Of a stretch of 64,000 bases of DNA, positions 38,521 to 50,928 are shown in pieces. The stretch is from an uncultured cyanobacterium. GTDB taxonomy: Bacteria; Cyanobacteriota; Cyanobacteriia; Cyanobacteriales; Chroococcidiopsidaceae. The number at the start of each line of letters is the position of its first letter. Positions within the stretch are counted from its first letter, which is position 1. The position numbers and the translations under genes were made by a program. The notes under the pieces are model-generated. The model did not search any database. It saw only the letters and a program-made list of their open reading frames with translations, and was not told the origin of the DNA. The DNA lies in contig CAMIFA010000005.1 of the NCBI GenBank assembly GCA_946221495.1, forward strand, positions 4,208 through 68,207, read 5' to 3'.

Positions 38521-40167
38521 TTAGTTGATAGATTGTGTCTCTGTACGGCAAATATACCAGGTTAAGAGACCTCCTGCGATCGCAATTGCCGCTAAACTCA
38601 GAAAAACTGCTTGTAATCCGATTAATGTCTCTGCCACGCCTGCTAAAGCTAGAGGTAAACTAAGGGCAATATTAATCACGTTGTTTTGCAGTCCAAAGAC
38701 TTTGCCGCGCATTTCCGGCGGGGTTTCTTTTTGAATTGTAGTCTGCATGGGGATGGCAACTAAAGCCGCAAAGCCGCCTAAAAGGGCGATTAACAGCAAC
38801 ACAATCCACAGTTGCTTGGTAAATATAGAAAGACCAATTAATGAGGCGGCGATCCCGATAGAACCGTAGAGACTTAACAGAGTATGAGAAAAACGCTGAC
38901 CATAATTACCCAGAAGTGTTGCCCCGACAGCGATCCCAACTCCTCCAGCTGCTAATAAAAAGCCGAATTGAGATGATTTCATACCTGGAATTACTTCTGC
39001 CATCCGTACAGCAAGGACAGCTAGAGCTGCAAACACAGAAAATAGAATTACGAGTTGAATTAGGGCATTGCGGATGCGATGATTTTGTCCTAGATACCGT
39101 AGACCATCGCGCAAATCCTGGAAAACGTGGGGCGGTTCTTGTTGGGGATCTGCGTGTTTTTCCCCGGTTTTGAGTAGCAACAGCAGTCCGCCAGCGATCG
39201 CATAACTACTTCCCACGACTAATTCTTTGCCAAGTCCAGTCGCAAAACCCAGCTCATTTGTTACAGTATCCGCGATCGCTAGTAACGGTTCACCAACGGC
39301 AAATCCTACTACGACTAAAGCCATCATTGTAGTTGTGTATAGCGAGTTAGCCGACAGCAGATGCCGATTTTCCACCACTAAAGGAATTGCTGCTTGTTCT
39401 GCTGGGGCAAAAAACTGGGTAAGGGTAGAAATTAAGAAAGAAAGTCCTAGTAAAATTCCAAAACCCACTGGCAACCCACCTAGAGGTGTCCAATCTTGAG
39501 TTAGCCACAGTAGGAAGGGAATTGCCAATACTAAAATACCGCGCAGGACATTTGTTGCTACCAATACTCCCTTTTTAGACCACCGATCCACATACACACC
39601 AGCAACAGAACCAAACAAAACGGCGGGAATCGTGAAAGCCATCATAATTGCCGATACCCAGCCGCTAATACTTTGGTTCCCGGTTTGAAAGCGACTGGAA
39701 ATAATCGCAATCATTAATACCAGATACACCTTATCTGCGAGTTGAGAAAAAACTTGACCACTCCACAGTGCTAGGAAATTGCGGTTTCTGAGGACAGGCA
39801 AAAACCCAAGTTCTTTAGACTCCTCAGTTTCCTCAGTGGAAGATTGATTGCCACTGCTGCCTCCAGATTGATCGACAACACTTATATCCTCAGCTGCTGA
39901 GTGTGTAGGAGATAGTTCACTTAACTGTTCTACTATTGGCGGTTTAATATCTTCAATAGCCTTGCCTTGATCGTCAAAGGCGATCGCATCACGCTCTGAA
40001 TTCTCGCTATTGAGGTTCTCCTGGGATGTCTCTGCTGCGGACATTTCGCTGGCTGGAGATTTGGAAACAGCAGGATGCTGATGAGTTTGCGCCGCCTCAC
40101 TGTCGAGCGGACTTATGCGGCTAGGGGATGGTGTAAAAATTTTTGTATCCAAATCAGGCGGTTGCAT
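38521..40167 (-). CDS. Major facilitator superfamily transporter with an N-terminal low-complexity extension
   Basis: 548 aa. About 140 aa of Ser/Glu/Gln-rich N-terminus, then 12 predicted TM helices with MFS motifs (GxxxDRxGKK-like YVDRWSKKG). Confidence 0.75.
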   Translation of the reverse strand: MQPPDLDTKIFTPSPSRISPLDSEAAQTHQHPAVSKSPASEMSAAETSQENLNSENSERDAIAFDDQGKAIEDIKPPIVEQLSELSPTHSAAEDISVVDQSGGSSGNQSSTEETEESKELGFLPVLRNRNFLALWSGQVFSQLADKVYLVLMIAIISSRFQTGNQSISGWVSAIMMAFTIPAVLFGSVAGVYVDRWSKKGVLVATNVLRGILVLAIPFLLWLTQDWTPLGGLPVGFGILLGLSFLISTLTQFFAPAEQAAIPLVVENRHLLSANSLYTTTMMALVVVGFAVGEPLLAIADTVTNELGFATGLGKELVVGSSYAIAGGLLLLLKTGEKHADPQQEPPHVFQDLRDGLRYLGQNHRIRNALIQLVILFSVFAALAVLAVRMAEVIPGMKSSQFGFLLAAGGVGIAVGATLLGNYGQRFSHTLLSLYGSIGIAASLIGLSIFTKQLWIVLLLIALLGGFAALVAIPMQTTIQKETPPEMRGKVFGLQNNVINIALSLPLALAGVAETLIGLQAVFLSLAAIAIAGGLLTWYICRTETQSIN

Positions 40168-40172
40168 TATCT

Positions 40173-41117
40173 TTATTTAAAAGAATTTGGCAAGGAAGCA
40201 AAATAACTGTCAAGTAAAGTAGCAGAACGAATAGGGCGACCTAAGTGATATTGGGTGTATTGACGCAAAATTTGTTCTATAAATTGCCAGTTTGTATCTG
40301 GAGAAACAGACTTATCTAGCAATAATTTATCTAATTGGTTTAGTTCTGCTGCTGCTAGCTGCTGGAGTAGCGCAAGTTCTGTAGCATTAATGCGGGTATT
40401 TAAAAGGGGTACTTCTTGGCGATGAGTGACTGTCTGATAGCCTGGACTTGTTGCTTCAGCTACCATGCCTTTTTTAGATGACGTAGAAGCAGGGGGAATC
40501 TTTACCAATCCTCTTGTCCCCTTGTTTCCTTCTGCTTGTAGGCGTTCCAAGGCAGGCAAAGTAACTGTTCCACCTGCTGGTATACTAAAGCCTACCCGCC
40601 AGTTCGGGTCACTAAAGTCTGGGTCTAAAGAACGTTGCGTCAGGCAACAAACTTGAACTTGAGGGGTTATTCCTGCTAGAGCTAGTAGGTGAAAAACAGC
40701 ATGGGATAGATGTGGTAATAGAGCAGGAGTGCTAGACAAGCTCTCTAATCTACTGAGATGTTCGTTTAGTAAGTAATATAGTTCCTCTTGGGGTTGGTCA
40801 GTTAGGGCTTGGCATAAGACCATTTCTGCTAAGTATTGACTAGCTGCAAGTTTACCCAAGTCTTGACTTAGACGTGGATAAGATTCCAGAGTTTCAGCCT
40901 GAGTAATTTTATCAAGCGATCGCCCTTTAGCAAGCAACAGCTCATTTACTACAAACAGCCCACTTCTACCACCTAGTTTCGAGTTTTGTTTACGTGCTCC
41001 TGGTGCGACGACGCGAAGCAAACCAAATTCTTGAGTCAAAATCGTTAGTAGCCGATCTGACTCGCCCAGTGGCATACTTTTAAGATTAATTCCAGTAGCT
41101 TTATAAGTTCGGCTCAT
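40173..41117 (-). CDS. recO: DNA repair protein RecO
   Basis: 314 aa. N-terminal OB-fold signature ([39 protein letters not shown]) and overall RecO layout. Confidence 0.75.
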   Translation of the reverse strand: MSRTYKATGINLKSMPLGESDRLLTILTQEFGLLRVVAPGARKQNSKLGGRSGLFVVNELLLAKGRSLDKITQAETLESYPRLSQDLGKLAASQYLAEMVLCQALTDQPQEELYYLLNEHLSRLESLSSTPALLPHLSHAVFHLLALAGITPQVQVCCLTQRSLDPDFSDPNWRVGFSIPAGGTVTLPALERLQAEGNKGTRGLVKIPPASTSSKKGMVAEATSPGYQTVTHRQEVPLLNTRINATELALLQQLAAAELNQLDKLLLDKSVSPDTNWQFIEQILRQYTQYHLGRPIRSATLLDSYFASLPNSFK

Positions 41118-41156
41118 AACAAGGGGCTAGGGATTATGGACTAGGGGCTAGTTTTG

Positions 41157-41840
41157 TTAACCTCTTGCCTCTTTATCCAGAGTATCGCGTTGGCGGAGCA
41201 AATCGACACCGCGAGATGTGCCTAACCTAGTTGCACCCGCTAAGATTAACTCTATTGCTTGGTTAATAGTGCGAATACCCCCGGATGCTTTAATCCCCAC
41301 CCGTTCTTTTGTCACGTCTTTTAAAAGTTTCACATCTGCCACCGTTGCACCTCCATTCCAGCCGGTGCTTGTTTTCAAAAACAACGCTCCCGCATCCATA
41401 CATACTTCAGCTACAAGTTGTTTCTCTGCATCCGTCAGCAGGGTGGTTTCTAAAATTGCCTTTACTGTTTGTCCGGTTTCCTCACAAATTTGAGCTAATT
41501 CGCGGTGCAGTTCCTCAGTTCTTCCAGTTTTTAACCAGCCTAAATTAATTACTACATCTAGTTCCGTTGCGCCATTTTCTACCGCATCTTGAGCTTCGTA
41601 CAGCTTAGTTGCTGATGTTGTTGCACCAGTGGGAAAGCCAATTACTGTACAAACTTTAGGATTCTTCCCACGTAGTAGTTCAGCCGCTTGACGTACGTAT
41701 GCAGGATAGACACAAACAGCCGCAAATTGAAACCTGTCTGCCTCATTACACAATTTTTCAACTTGTTCTGGGGTTGCTGTAGGAATCAGCAGTGTATGGT
41801 CAATTAAGGGAGCAATATCATCGGAATAGTCTGCCGCCAT
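41157..41840 (-). CDS. deoC: Deoxyribose-phosphate aldolase
   Basis: 227 aa. IDHTLL, the Schiff-base lysine region [16 protein letters not shown]. Confidence 0.85.
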   Translation of the reverse strand: MAADYSDDIAPLIDHTLLIPTATPEQVEKLCNEADRFQFAAVCVYPAYVRQAAELLRGKNPKVCTVIGFPTGATTSATKLYEAQDAVENGATELDVVINLGWLKTGRTEELHRELAQICEETGQTVKAILETTLLTDAEKQLVAEVCMDAGALFLKTSTGWNGGATVADVKLLKDVTKERVGIKASGGIRTINQAIELILAGATRLGTSRGVDLLRQRDTLDKEARG

Positions 41841-42211
41841 GATTTCTGTTCCCAGGAAGTGATTTTAAACTTTTATTAGATTAACGTGAGTTCGGGATAA
41901 GAAAGGGACTAAACAGATAGGCAGAAAGTGCTAAATTCTCAACAATCTGCTTGTCCGATGCTGAGTCTAGAAGACCTGTTTTGCGCTGTCGATGATTTTC
42001 TGGCTTCAAATTACATCTTGTCAATGAGCGCGGCGACCTGCTCAATTTCAGCTTGACCCCTGGCAACAGTGATCACCGTCATCTGGTAGCTTTTCCCAAG
42101 TAATTTGGTAATTGGTGGTACTGAGCATAGTAGGGTACTGATGTGGGCGATCGCGCTAACTTAGGAACGATAGCAACTTAATATCTATAACTAAATCAAG
42201 TTGATTAAACT

Positions 42212-42718
42212 ATGCAAAAGCTGTTGCTACGCCTAATAAGTCTAATTCTAGTTATTTGCCTCGCCTGTTTGTGGATAATACTTACTCCCAAGCCTGGTTT
42301 AGCGCAGGCAAAAACAATTAATTACAGTAATACAAATCTAGAAAACCGCGATTTTTCCAATACCGATTTAGTTGGTGGCGTATTTGTGGCAGCAGAAATG
42401 CGAGGAGCAAACTTTAAAGACGCTAACCTAAGCAACGCTATTCTGACTATGGGAGTTTTATTAAAAGCTAATTTAGAAGGAGCAAACCTTACAGGTGCTT
42501 TGGTTGATCGGGCAACTTTGGATGGGGCAAATCTTACTAATACAATCTTCCAAGAAGCAACTTTGACTCGCTCTCGATTGTACGATGCCAATATTACTGG
42601 TGCTGACTTTACTGACGCTTTAATAGACCGCTATCAAGTAGCGCAACTTTGCGATCGCGCAGATGGTGTAAATTCAATAACTGGTGTTTCGACAAGAGAA
42701 AGTTTAGGTTGCCGTTAA
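42212..42718 (+). CDS. Pentapeptide-repeat protein with signal peptide (lumenal/periplasmic)
   Basis: 168 aa. Hydrophobic N-terminus, then A(D/N)LxG pentapeptide repeats ([41 protein letters not shown]). Confidence 0.8.
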   Translation: MQKLLLRLISLILVICLACLWIILTPKPGLAQAKTINYSNTNLENRDFSNTDLVGGVFVAAEMRGANFKDANLSNAILTMGVLLKANLEGANLTGALVDRATLDGANLTNTIFQEATLTRSRLYDANITGADFTDALIDRYQVAQLCDRADGVNSITGVSTRESLGCR

Positions 42719-43383
42719 GCTAATAATTCTGTTGCTACTAATCCTTTTTGAATTGCTAAAACTGCGGCTTGAGTGCGATCGCGTACTTCCAGTTTCTGCA
42801 AAATAGCGTGGACATGAACCCGCACTGTACCAGGAGTAATGTAGAGTAGAGCGCCAATTTCTTGATTTGTTTTACCAGTAGCAATCAACGCTAATATTTC
42901 TTGCTCTCGTCTAGTTAGCGGATTTACTAAGATTTCAGTTGCTTTTAAGTTTGGTTTACTGCCAAAAGCTGCGCGAATCTCTGCTGTAACAGTTTTATCC
43001 CACCAGGAAGCGCCTGCTGCTACTGAACGTAGTGCTAAAATTAAAACTTCAACTTCAATTCCTTTGAGACAGTAACCTTGAGCGCCGGCGGCAATTAATC
43101 GTGAAATTAGTAGTTTTTCCGAATGAGATGTTAAAACCAAGATCGGTAAATTTGGATGCTGCTGCTTAATTAGACGACACGCCTCTACGCCGCCTACTCC
43201 TGGTAGTCCGACATCAAGCAGAATAATATCAAGCTCATATTGGTTTACTAGCTCTATTGCTCGCTCACCGTCTTCTGCTTCTGCCACAACTTCTAATCCT
43301 GCTTCCTGTAACCGCATCCGCAATCCCAGGCGAAACAGTTCATCATCTTCAACTAGTAAAATTCGTAGCGAAGCAGATTTCAT
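42715..43383 (-). CDS. Response regulator, NarL/FixJ family (REC + LuxR-type HTH)
   Basis: 222 aa. REC domain (LLVEDD...[11 protein letters not shown]...LVLTS) and a C-terminal LuxR HTH ([43 protein letters not shown]). Confidence 0.85.
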   Translation of the reverse strand: MKSASLRILLVEDDELFRLGLRMRLQEAGLEVVAEAEDGERAIELVNQYELDIILLDVGLPGVGGVEACRLIKQQHPNLPILVLTSHSEKLLISRLIAAGAQGYCLKGIEVEVLILALRSVAAGASWWDKTVTAEIRAAFGSKPNLKATEILVNPLTRREQEILALIATGKTNQEIGALLYITPGTVRVHVHAILQKLEVRDRTQAAVLAIQKGLVATELLA

Positions 43384-43415
43384 CGAATGAATGGAATTTA
43401 ATAATTATGCAGATT

Positions 43416-44495
43416 TTATCCTTGATTGAGTTCACTAGGAGGACTGGCGGGCAGTCGGAATCCAAATAACGCACCTCCCTGTGTAAGGTTCTCTGCCCAG
43501 ATTGTACCGCTATGAGCTGTAATAATTTGGCGAGTTAGGTATAGCCCTAGTCCCGATCCTTTTGCTTGGCGATCGCTATGTCCTTGGTAGAAGCGCTGAA
43601 ATAAAAGGGGGAGTTCGCTGGTTGTTATGCCTGCACCACTGTCTTGAATCTTCACCACTTGGTAACTAGAATACGATTCTAATAAAACTTGCACATCGCC
43701 ACCACGCGGCGAATGATTGATAGCATTTGTCAGTAAGTTGGCGAAGACTCGTAAAAGTTGCAACGCATCTCCATTTACCCACAAAGCTCGTCGAAAATCA
43801 GATTCACCATACTGCAAACGTATATGTACTCGTCGTGCTGCTGCTAAATCAATTAGGGTAGCGATCGATTCTTCAGCCAAAGCTGCCAAATTCACTGATT
43901 CCAGATGTAATTGCAGTCCTTCTGTGTCGTTGCGATAGACATCTAAAAGCGTTTCTACAAGTTGCAGTGTTGAGGAGTGCGATCGCATGATCATCGCCAA
44001 CACTTTTTGCTGATTTGAGGTGACTGCGCCAAATTTACCTGCATTAAGAGATTTTAAAGTTTCAATTGCTCCTAATAGCGGCGTTTTCAGGTCGTGTGTC
44101 AGCGTGGAGAAGAAATCTTCTCGCATACTCGCTAACTTCTTTGCAGCTTGTAGTTGTGCTTGCTGTTGGGCGATCGCTTCTTCATTGCGGCGGTTACGAT
44201 TACTTAGCCAACCTGTTACCACTAGGGCGACAGCAGCAATTAATCTGTTAGCTACAGTAGCAGGATTAATGAATTCATAATCTGGTACAAACAAATTCGT
44301 CATCGTCAGGATGCAAGCTACTAGTGTTACTTGTAGTGTTGCCCTTGCACTTAAGCGCGAATTTACTATTAAAATCGGTGCTGTGTAAAGGTAGCCAAAG
44401 ACATACGCTGGCGGTGTCGAGAACTCCAAGGTGATTACTGTAATGAACGTCCCAGCAATTAACCCCCATGTAGAGCGCTGCTCCTTAGTCATCAA
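43416..44495 (-). CDS. Membrane sensor histidine kinase (HisKA + HATPase_c)
   Basis: 359 aa. 3-4 N-terminal TM helices; H-box FFSTLTHDLKTPL; N/G1/G2 boxes (LLTNAINHS, IQDSGAGI, GSGLGLYL). Confidence 0.8.
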   Translation of the reverse strand: MMTKEQRSTWGLIAGTFITVITLEFSTPPAYVFGYLYTAPILIVNSRLSARATLQVTLVACILTMTNLFVPDYEFINPATVANRLIAAVALVVTGWLSNRNRRNEEAIAQQQAQLQAAKKLASMREDFFSTLTHDLKTPLLGAIETLKSLNAGKFGAVTSNQQKVLAMIMRSHSSTLQLVETLLDVYRNDTEGLQLHLESVNLAALAEESIATLIDLAAARRVHIRLQYGESDFRRALWVNGDALQLLRVFANLLTNAINHSPRGGDVQVLLESYSSYQVVKIQDSGAGITTSELPLLFQRFYQGHSDRQAKGSGLGLYLTRQIITAHSGTIWAENLTQGGALFGFRLPASPPSELNQG

Positions 44496-44914
44496 CTTTC
44501 AACTACTATTTATATAAAATATATCTTAGGACAGATGCTAATTAATTTTACGTTGCTAAGTGCAATTGAATTTTTATTAACAAACTTAAAAGTAGTTTTT
44601 AGTAATGTCCTATACCTGTAAATATATATGCTCTGTTATATTTACTTCTTTAAGATAACAATAATAAACTAAATTTGATTAGTTACTGATTTATAGATAT
44701 CAATTTTACTACCAGGAAGTTAATAGACAACACACTTAAAAACTAGACAAAATAGAACATTCAGAAAGTGAGCAATATCTTAAATAGTTAAGAGTAATTA
44801 TCTCTGTTTACCTGATGAATATAAAACAGCCTAAAGCAGAGTTATAAAGCTTTGATGTAATATCAAACTTCTGTAGGTTTAACTAAACAATTGCCTTGTG
44901 AGTTCAATTAATTC

Positions 44915-46600
44915 ATGTTTCAAGGATTCATTCAAATTGCTTTAACGCTAGTGATTTTAGTAGCGATCGCTCCTATCCTCGGAAGATACATAGCGCGTGT
45001 CTTCTTAGGAGAAAAAACCCCGCTTGAACCTGTAATCATCCCTATAGAGCGAACAATCTATACTTTAGGTGGCATCCGTGCCACTGATAGCATGACAGGT
45101 TGGCAGTATGCCCAGGCATTGCTCTACACCAATCTTGTCATGGGCATTTTTGTATATCTGCTGATCATGCTGCAAGAATTTCTACCCTTAAATCCCACTG
45201 AGTTAAGCGCACCTAGTTGGCATTTAGGGTTGCACACCACGATCTCATTTTTGACCAACACAGATCAGCAACACTACTCCGGCGAGACAACTATAAGTTA
45301 TTTAAGTCAGGTAGCGGGTTTAGCCTTTTTGATGTTTACCTCAGCCGCAACAGGTTTAGCAGTAGGAATTGCCTTTATTCGCGGTTTAACAGGTAGACCA
45401 CTGGGTAATTTTTACGTTGATTTGACTCACTCAATCACTAGAATATTATTGCCAATTTCGATTATTACTGCATTATTACTGCTCATATTAGGTGTTCCCC
45501 AAACATTTGCCCCACCTGCGACTGTTACTACCCTAGAAGGAGTAAATCAGTACATTGCCAGAGGTCCAGTTGCTGCTTTTGAAAGTATTAAACAGCTAGG
45601 GGAAAACGGCGGTGGCTTTTTTGGAATTAACTCCGCTCACCCTTTTGAAAATTCCAATGGTGGCACTAATCTAATAGAAACATTAGCGATGCTCTGCATT
45701 CCTGCTGCTTTAATTTTCACCTATGGCGTGTTTGCTAACAATATAAAGCAGGCTTGGTTACTTTTCTGGATGGTATTTACTATCTTTGTGATTTTAGTTG
45801 GAGTAACTGCCATTGGTGAAGCTCAAGGCAATGAACTTGTTAATTCCATTTTGGGATCAGAACAGCCAAATCTAGAAGGTAAAGAAGTTAGATTTGGATG
45901 GGCAGAAACAGCGTTTTGGGCAGTTGCAACAACAGGAACAATGTGTGGAGGAGTTAACGGGATGCACGACTCCCTAATGCCAACAGGCGGATTTTCTACC
46001 TTATTAAATTTATTTTTGCAGATTGTCTGGGGTGGTCAAGGTACAGGAACTGCTTACTTATTTATTTATCTAATTTTGACAGTGTTCCTGACGGGATTAA
46101 TGGTCGGCAGAACTCCAGAGTTTTTCAGCCGCAAAATTGAGAAGCGCGAAATAGTTCTTGCTAGCGTAGTGCTGCTTGTTCACCCGATTTTGGTACTAAT
46201 TCCCAGTGCAATTACTTTGGCTTTCCCTGACGCTTTATCTGGAATTAGCAACCCAGGCTTTCACGGACTTTCTCAGGTAGTTTATGAATACACCTCAGCT
46301 GCTGCAAATAATGGCTCTGGTTTTGAAGGATTGGGGGACAACACACTCTGGTGGAATTTAACTACGATTGTCAGCATACTGGGTGGTCGCTATATCCCAA
46401 TAGTTGCCATGCTACTTTTGGCAGATAGCATGGCTCAAAAACAGCCAGTACCTGAAACCTCCGGAACATTAAGAACAGATTCGCTGCTATTTACAGGAGT
46501 CACAGCTGGAGTCATTTTGATTCTAGGAGTGCTGACCTTCTTTCCCGTTCTAGCTTTAGGACCGATCGCTGAAGCCTTTCAAATTTCTAGCGGTCAATAG
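44915..46600 (+). CDS. kdpA: Potassium-transporting ATPase subunit A
   Basis: 561-aa polytopic protein with the KdpA N-terminus [30 protein letters not shown] and selectivity-filter-like glycine motifs. Confidence 0.9.
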   Translation: MFQGFIQIALTLVILVAIAPILGRYIARVFLGEKTPLEPVIIPIERTIYTLGGIRATDSMTGWQYAQALLYTNLVMGIFVYLLIMLQEFLPLNPTELSAPSWHLGLHTTISFLTNTDQQHYSGETTISYLSQVAGLAFLMFTSAATGLAVGIAFIRGLTGRPLGNFYVDLTHSITRILLPISIITALLLLILGVPQTFAPPATVTTLEGVNQYIARGPVAAFESIKQLGENGGGFFGINSAHPFENSNGGTNLIETLAMLCIPAALIFTYGVFANNIKQAWLLFWMVFTIFVILVGVTAIGEAQGNELVNSILGSEQPNLEGKEVRFGWAETAFWAVATTGTMCGGVNGMHDSLMPTGGFSTLLNLFLQIVWGGQGTGTAYLFIYLILTVFLTGLMVGRTPEFFSRKIEKREIVLASVVLLVHPILVLIPSAITLAFPDALSGISNPGFHGLSQVVYEYTSAAANNGSGFEGLGDNTLWWNLTTIVSILGGRYIPIVAMLLLADSMAQKQPVPETSGTLRTDSLLFTGVTAGVILILGVLTFFPVLALGPIAEAFQISSGQ

Positions 46601-46706
46601 TCAGTAGCCAGCCTACTAATTTACTGGTTTCTAAAACCAAGCTAGAGCAAAATCTACACCTTCTACAAACACTAAAAGCTGATCGCTGATCGCTGATCGC
46701 TAAATT

Positions 46707-48836
46707 ATGACCTCTGCAAATTCTGACTCCCCTCGCTCCTCACGACCTCAACCTGGGGGTTCTCGCTCCTCACGCAAACATACACCAAAAGTAAACACGC
46801 AAGGACTTTACCAAAGAGCGATTAAAGATGCTTTTGTAAAGCTTAACCCCAAGCAGATGATCAAAAACCCAGTAATGTTTTTGGTTTGGGTAGGTACGAT
46901 TGTCACTTTATTAGTAACAATCGATCCTAATTTATTTGGGACAACGCCAGGACAAAATCCGCGACTTTTCAACGGCTTAATTACCCTAATTTTGTTTCTC
47001 ACCGTTGTATTTGCCAACTTCGCAGAAGCAGTAGCTGAAGGACGCGGTAAGGCGCAAGCTGATGCTTTACGCTCAACCAAATCAGACACGATCGCCCGTA
47101 AACTTTTACCGGATAGTTCGATTGTAGAAGTAAGTTCCACTACTCTGCACCAAGGCGATATCGTCAAAGTAATTTCTGGTGATATTATTCCCGCCGATGG
47201 GGAAGTAATTGCTGGTGTCGCCTCGGTAGATGAATCGGCAATTACCGGAGAATCAGCACCAGTTCTCAAGGAAACTGGCTCGGATGTTGCTAGTTCTGTT
47301 ACAGGTGGGACGCGGATTATTTCTGATGAACTAACAATTCGGATTACATCCGATCCAGGCAAAGGATTTATTGACCGGATGATTGCCTTAGTTGAGGGCG
47401 CAGAAAGAGCGAAGACACCGAATGAAATCGCACTGACAGTATTACTAGCAGTTCTGACACTAGTTTTTCTATTTGTAATCGCAACGCTCTCGCCGATCGC
47501 TAACTATGTAAATAGTCCAGTTAGTATAGCAGTTTTAATTGCTTTACTAGTAGCCCTAATTCCGACCACGATTGGCGGGTTACTCAGTGCAATTGGCATT
47601 GCTGGGATGGATCGAGTTGCTCAATTTAATGTGATTGCTACATCTGGACGAGCCGTAGAAGCGTGTGGTGATGTTAATACCCTAGTTTTAGACAAAACGG
47701 GTACGATTACACTAGGGAATCGGCTAGCAGAGGAATTCATCCCCGTTAATGGTCACTCAATCACAGATATTGCCAATGTCGCACTGGCGGCGAGTGTGTT
47801 TGATGACACGCCAGAGGGGAAATCAATTGTGCGCCTAGCAGAGAAATTAGGCGCTCAGGCGAACTTTGATCGCACCTTAGCCGAAGGAATTGAATTTTCG
47901 GCGAAAACGCGCATGAGTGGTACAAATTTGCCTGATGGTAGAGAAGTGCGTAAGGGAGCAGTAGATGCAATTAAAGGATTCGTGCGATCGCGTAGTGTGG
48001 GCGAAGCGCATTCGCGTAGTGGCAAAATCACGCTTCAACTTGATGCCGCCTACCAACGAGTTTCTCAACTAGGAGGTACACCGCTAGCTGTTTGCCAAAA
48101 TAACGATATCTACGGCGTAATTTATCTCAAAGACATTGTTAAACCCGGTATTAAAGAACGTTTTGACCAGTTGCGCCGCATGGGAGTACGGACAATCATG
48201 CTCACTGGCGATAACTCAATTACTGCTTCTGTGATTGCCCAAGAAGCCGGAGTTGATGACTTTATTGCCGAAGCAACGCCAGAAGACAAAATCGCAGTCA
48301 TTCAAAGTGAGCAAGCACAAGGAAAATTAGTTGCAATGACTGGTGACGGCACAAACGATGCCCCGGCACTGGCACAGGCAAATGTCGGCGTAGCGATGAA
48401 TACGGGTACGCAAGCGGCGAAAGAAGCAGCCAACATGGTTGATTTGGACTCTGATCCTACAAAACTAATTGATATAGTTGCTATTGGTAAACAACTGCTA
48501 ATTACCAGAGGAGCGCTGACTACATTTTCCATCGCCAATGATATTGCCAAATACTTTGCAATTATTCCGGTAATATTTGCTGCTGCTAGGCTAGAAAGCC
48601 TCAATGTTATGAATTTAACCAGTACCAATTCTGCGGTTCTGTCAGCGCTAATTTACAACGCTTTGATTATTCCGGCTTTGATTCCCCTAGCACTTACAGG
48701 TGTAAAGTTTAGACCACTGACGGCAAACCAATTATTGCAACGCAACATTCTAATTTATGGCTTGGGCGGGGTAATTGCACCGTTTATTGCGATTAAGGTG
48801 ATTGATGTTGTGATCTCATTCGTGGGATTGGCTTAG
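46707..48836 (+). CDS. kdpB: Potassium-transporting P-type ATPase subunit B
   Basis: 709 aa. P-type ATPase motifs: phosphorylation site [21 protein letters not shown]. Confidence 0.9.
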   Translation: MTSANSDSPRSSRPQPGGSRSSRKHTPKVNTQGLYQRAIKDAFVKLNPKQMIKNPVMFLVWVGTIVTLLVTIDPNLFGTTPGQNPRLFNGLITLILFLTVVFANFAEAVAEGRGKAQADALRSTKSDTIARKLLPDSSIVEVSSTTLHQGDIVKVISGDIIPADGEVIAGVASVDESAITGESAPVLKETGSDVASSVTGGTRIISDELTIRITSDPGKGFIDRMIALVEGAERAKTPNEIALTVLLAVLTLVFLFVIATLSPIANYVNSPVSIAVLIALLVALIPTTIGGLLSAIGIAGMDRVAQFNVIATSGRAVEACGDVNTLVLDKTGTITLGNRLAEEFIPVNGHSITDIANVALAASVFDDTPEGKSIVRLAEKLGAQANFDRTLAEGIEFSAKTRMSGTNLPDGREVRKGAVDAIKGFVRSRSVGEAHSRSGKITLQLDAAYQRVSQLGGTPLAVCQNNDIYGVIYLKDIVKPGIKERFDQLRRMGVRTIMLTGDNSITASVIAQEAGVDDFIAEATPEDKIAVIQSEQAQGKLVAMTGDGTNDAPALAQANVGVAMNTGTQAAKEAANMVDLDSDPTKLIDIVAIGKQLLITRGALTTFSIANDIAKYFAIIPVIFAAARLESLNVMNLTSTNSAVLSALIYNALIIPALIPLALTGVKFRPLTANQLLQRNILIYGLGGVIAPFIAIKVIDVVISFVGLA

Positions 48837-48861
48837 AAGTAGACGTGAGGCTTTGTAAGGA

Positions 48862-49128
48862 ATGAAAAAAGTTAATTCAATTTGGGTTTCGCAGATCAAT
48901 TTAGCTGAAGGCATCGCTTTTGTTTGGTTTGAATGGCGCAGACAAAAGTTTCCCCTTGCTATTTTTCTCAGTTTATGCTTAGGAATGGTAATTGCTCCGG
49001 CTGTTTATGCTGCGAGTAACGGTACTCTAGAACGTCGCTCTGCTTGGGCAATTGGCATCCTTGGCTTGGTGACGCTGGGACTTGTAATTTATTTATTTGA
49101 TGTCGTTTTTCGACCGGAGCGCTACTAA
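48862..49128 (+). CDS. Small membrane protein between kdpB and kdpC (KdpG/KdpF-like)
   Basis: 88 aa with two hydrophobic helices. It occupies the position of the small extra subunit gene in cyanobacterial kdpABGCD operons. Confidence 0.45.
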   Translation: MKKVNSIWVSQINLAEGIAFVWFEWRRQKFPLAIFLSLCLGMVIAPAVYAASNGTLERRSAWAIGILGLVTLGLVIYLFDVVFRPERY

Positions 49129-49721
49129 TGTCTATTGTTCGAGAAACAATTAGAGCAATTCGCCTCACCCTAGCTCTTTGGCTCCTAACAGCAATTATTT
49201 ATCCTTTGGTTATTACCTTAATAGGTGGAGTTTTCTTTCCTTTTCAAGCTAACGGCAGCATAGTAGAAAATCTCCAAGGACAAGCGATCGGTTCGGCTTT
49301 GATTGGTCAATCTTTCGCAAGTGAGCAATATTTTCAAAGTCGTCCGAGTACAGTTGAATACAGTCAAAATCCAGACGTGAAGGCAACAGGTGTATCTGGT
49401 GCTAGTAATCTAGCTCCTAGCAACCCAAATTTACTTAAACGTATTGCAGAACAGGTAACACAGCTACAAGAAAACAGTATTCAACCCACCGCCGATCTGG
49501 TTTATACCTCTGGCTCTGGTTTAGACCCGCATATTACAGTGGAATCAGCTTATGCTCAAATAAAGCGCGTAGCTGATGCTCGTAGCGTATCTGAAGACGA
49601 GATAGCTGCGGCAATAGATAAACATACACAAAGTAGATTCTTAGGAATTTTTGGGGAACCAGCAGTTAATGTTTTGAAACTGAATTATGAACTTGATGTT
49701 CAGCAAGCTGCTAACCAGTGA
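49128..49721 (+). CDS. kdpC: Potassium-transporting ATPase subunit C
   Basis: 197 aa. Single N-terminal TM helix plus a periplasmic domain with KdpC signatures (LIGQSF, SGSGLDPHIT). Confidence 0.85.
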   Translation: MSIVRETIRAIRLTLALWLLTAIIYPLVITLIGGVFFPFQANGSIVENLQGQAIGSALIGQSFASEQYFQSRPSTVEYSQNPDVKATGVSGASNLAPSNPNLLKRIAEQVTQLQENSIQPTADLVYTSGSGLDPHITVESAYAQIKRVADARSVSEDEIAAAIDKHTQSRFLGIFGEPAVNVLKLNYELDVQQAANQ

Positions 49722-49746
49722 AAAAGTAGAATTTTCATGTTTGTAG

Positions 49747-50928
49747 TTGATACTTATGATTACCGATAATCCTGACGTGGCGGGTATCACTCCACTTGCT
49801 GCTAAAAGCTCTACAATTCGTGCAGCACGGCGGGGTAAACACAAAATTTTTATTGGCATGGCTCCTGGCGTAGGTAAAACCTACCGGATGTTGGAAGAAG
49901 CTCATGCACTCAAACAAGAAGGCATTGATGTTGTAATTGGGCTATTAGAAACTCACGGACGCAAGGATACGGCGCAGAAGGCGACGGGTTTGGAACTAGT
50001 ACCAAGAATGGAAATCCCTCGCGGTGGTTTGACGTTGACCCAAATGAATACGAAGGCAATTTTAGAGCGATCGCCGCAGCTTGTGTTAGTAGATGAACTA
50101 GCGCATACTAATGTCCCTGGTTCACCACGAGAAAAGCGCTATCAAGATGTAGAAATCATTTTGGTAGCAGGGATTGATGTCTACTCCACTATGAATATTC
50201 AGCATCTAGAAAGTCTTAACGACTTAGTGGCACGAATTACTGGTGTAGTAGTGCGCGAACGAGTCCCTGATCGCTTGCTAGAAGAAGCGGACGAAGTGGT
50301 ATTAGTTGATGTCACCCCAGAAACTTTACAAGAAAGGTTGCTAGAAGGCAAAATTTACGCACCCCAAAAAGTCCAAGAATCACTGGCTAACTTTTTCCAG
50401 CGCCGCAATCTAATTGCCTTACGAGAACTGGCACTGCGGGAAGTTGCAGATAACGTTGAGGAAGATGGAATCGCCTGTACTCCTGGTGATCTGTTCTGTA
50501 ATATCCATGAGCGGGTTTTGGTGTGCATATCTACTTATCCTAATTCAGTGCAACTGTTGCGGCGGGGAGCGCGGATTTCTGGCTATATGAATGCTCCTCT
50601 TTATGCGCTGTTTGTCGCTGATCCTGATCGATTTCTGACTAGAGAAGAAAGCTTAGATATTGAAACTTGTGAGAAACTTTGTAAAGAATTCGGCGGCACA
50701 TTTATTCATGTTAAGAGTCATGATGTAGCTACGGCGATCGCTAATGTTGCCAAGGAATACCACATTACCCAAATTGTGATCGGTGAAAGCCAGCACTCTC
50801 GCTGGAAAATCTTGCTTCGAGGATCTTTGACTCAAAAGTTGGTGCGATTGCTCAAGCACGTTGATTTACATATAATGGCGACTGAAAAAGGAACTGTACC
50901 CAGCCGTCTAGCGGCTCCAGAAGGATGA
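49747..50928 (+). CDS. kdpD: Truncated KdpD: N-terminal sensor domain + UspA domain only, no kinase domain
   Basis: 393 aa. Walker-A-like [13 protein letters not shown] and the KdpD N-terminal domain, then a Usp domain (RVLVCIS...). No TM, HisKA or ATPase region. Confidence 0.8.
   Translation: MILMITDNPDVAGITPLAAKSSTIRAARRGKHKIFIGMAPGVGKTYRMLEEAHALKQEGIDVVIGLLETHGRKDTAQKATGLELVPRMEIPRGGLTLTQMNTKAILERSPQLVLVDELAHTNVPGSPREKRYQDVEIILVAGIDVYSTMNIQHLESLNDLVARITGVVVRERVPDRLLEEADEVVLVDVTPETLQERLLEGKIYAPQKVQESLANFFQRRNLIALRELALREVADNVEEDGIACTPGDLFCNIHERVLVCISTYPNSVQLLRRGARISGYMNAPLYALFVADPDRFLTREESLDIETCEKLCKEFGGTFIHVKSHDVATAIANVAKEYHITQIVIGESQHSRWKILLRGSLTQKLVRLLKHVDLHIMATEKGTVPSRLAAPEG

Noticed and set aside
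46808-47362. 184-aa minus-strand ORF inside kdpB
   Set aside because: It is antisense to a P-type ATPase with all catalytic motifs, and its own composition is Ser/Pro/Thr-rich and non-protein-like.
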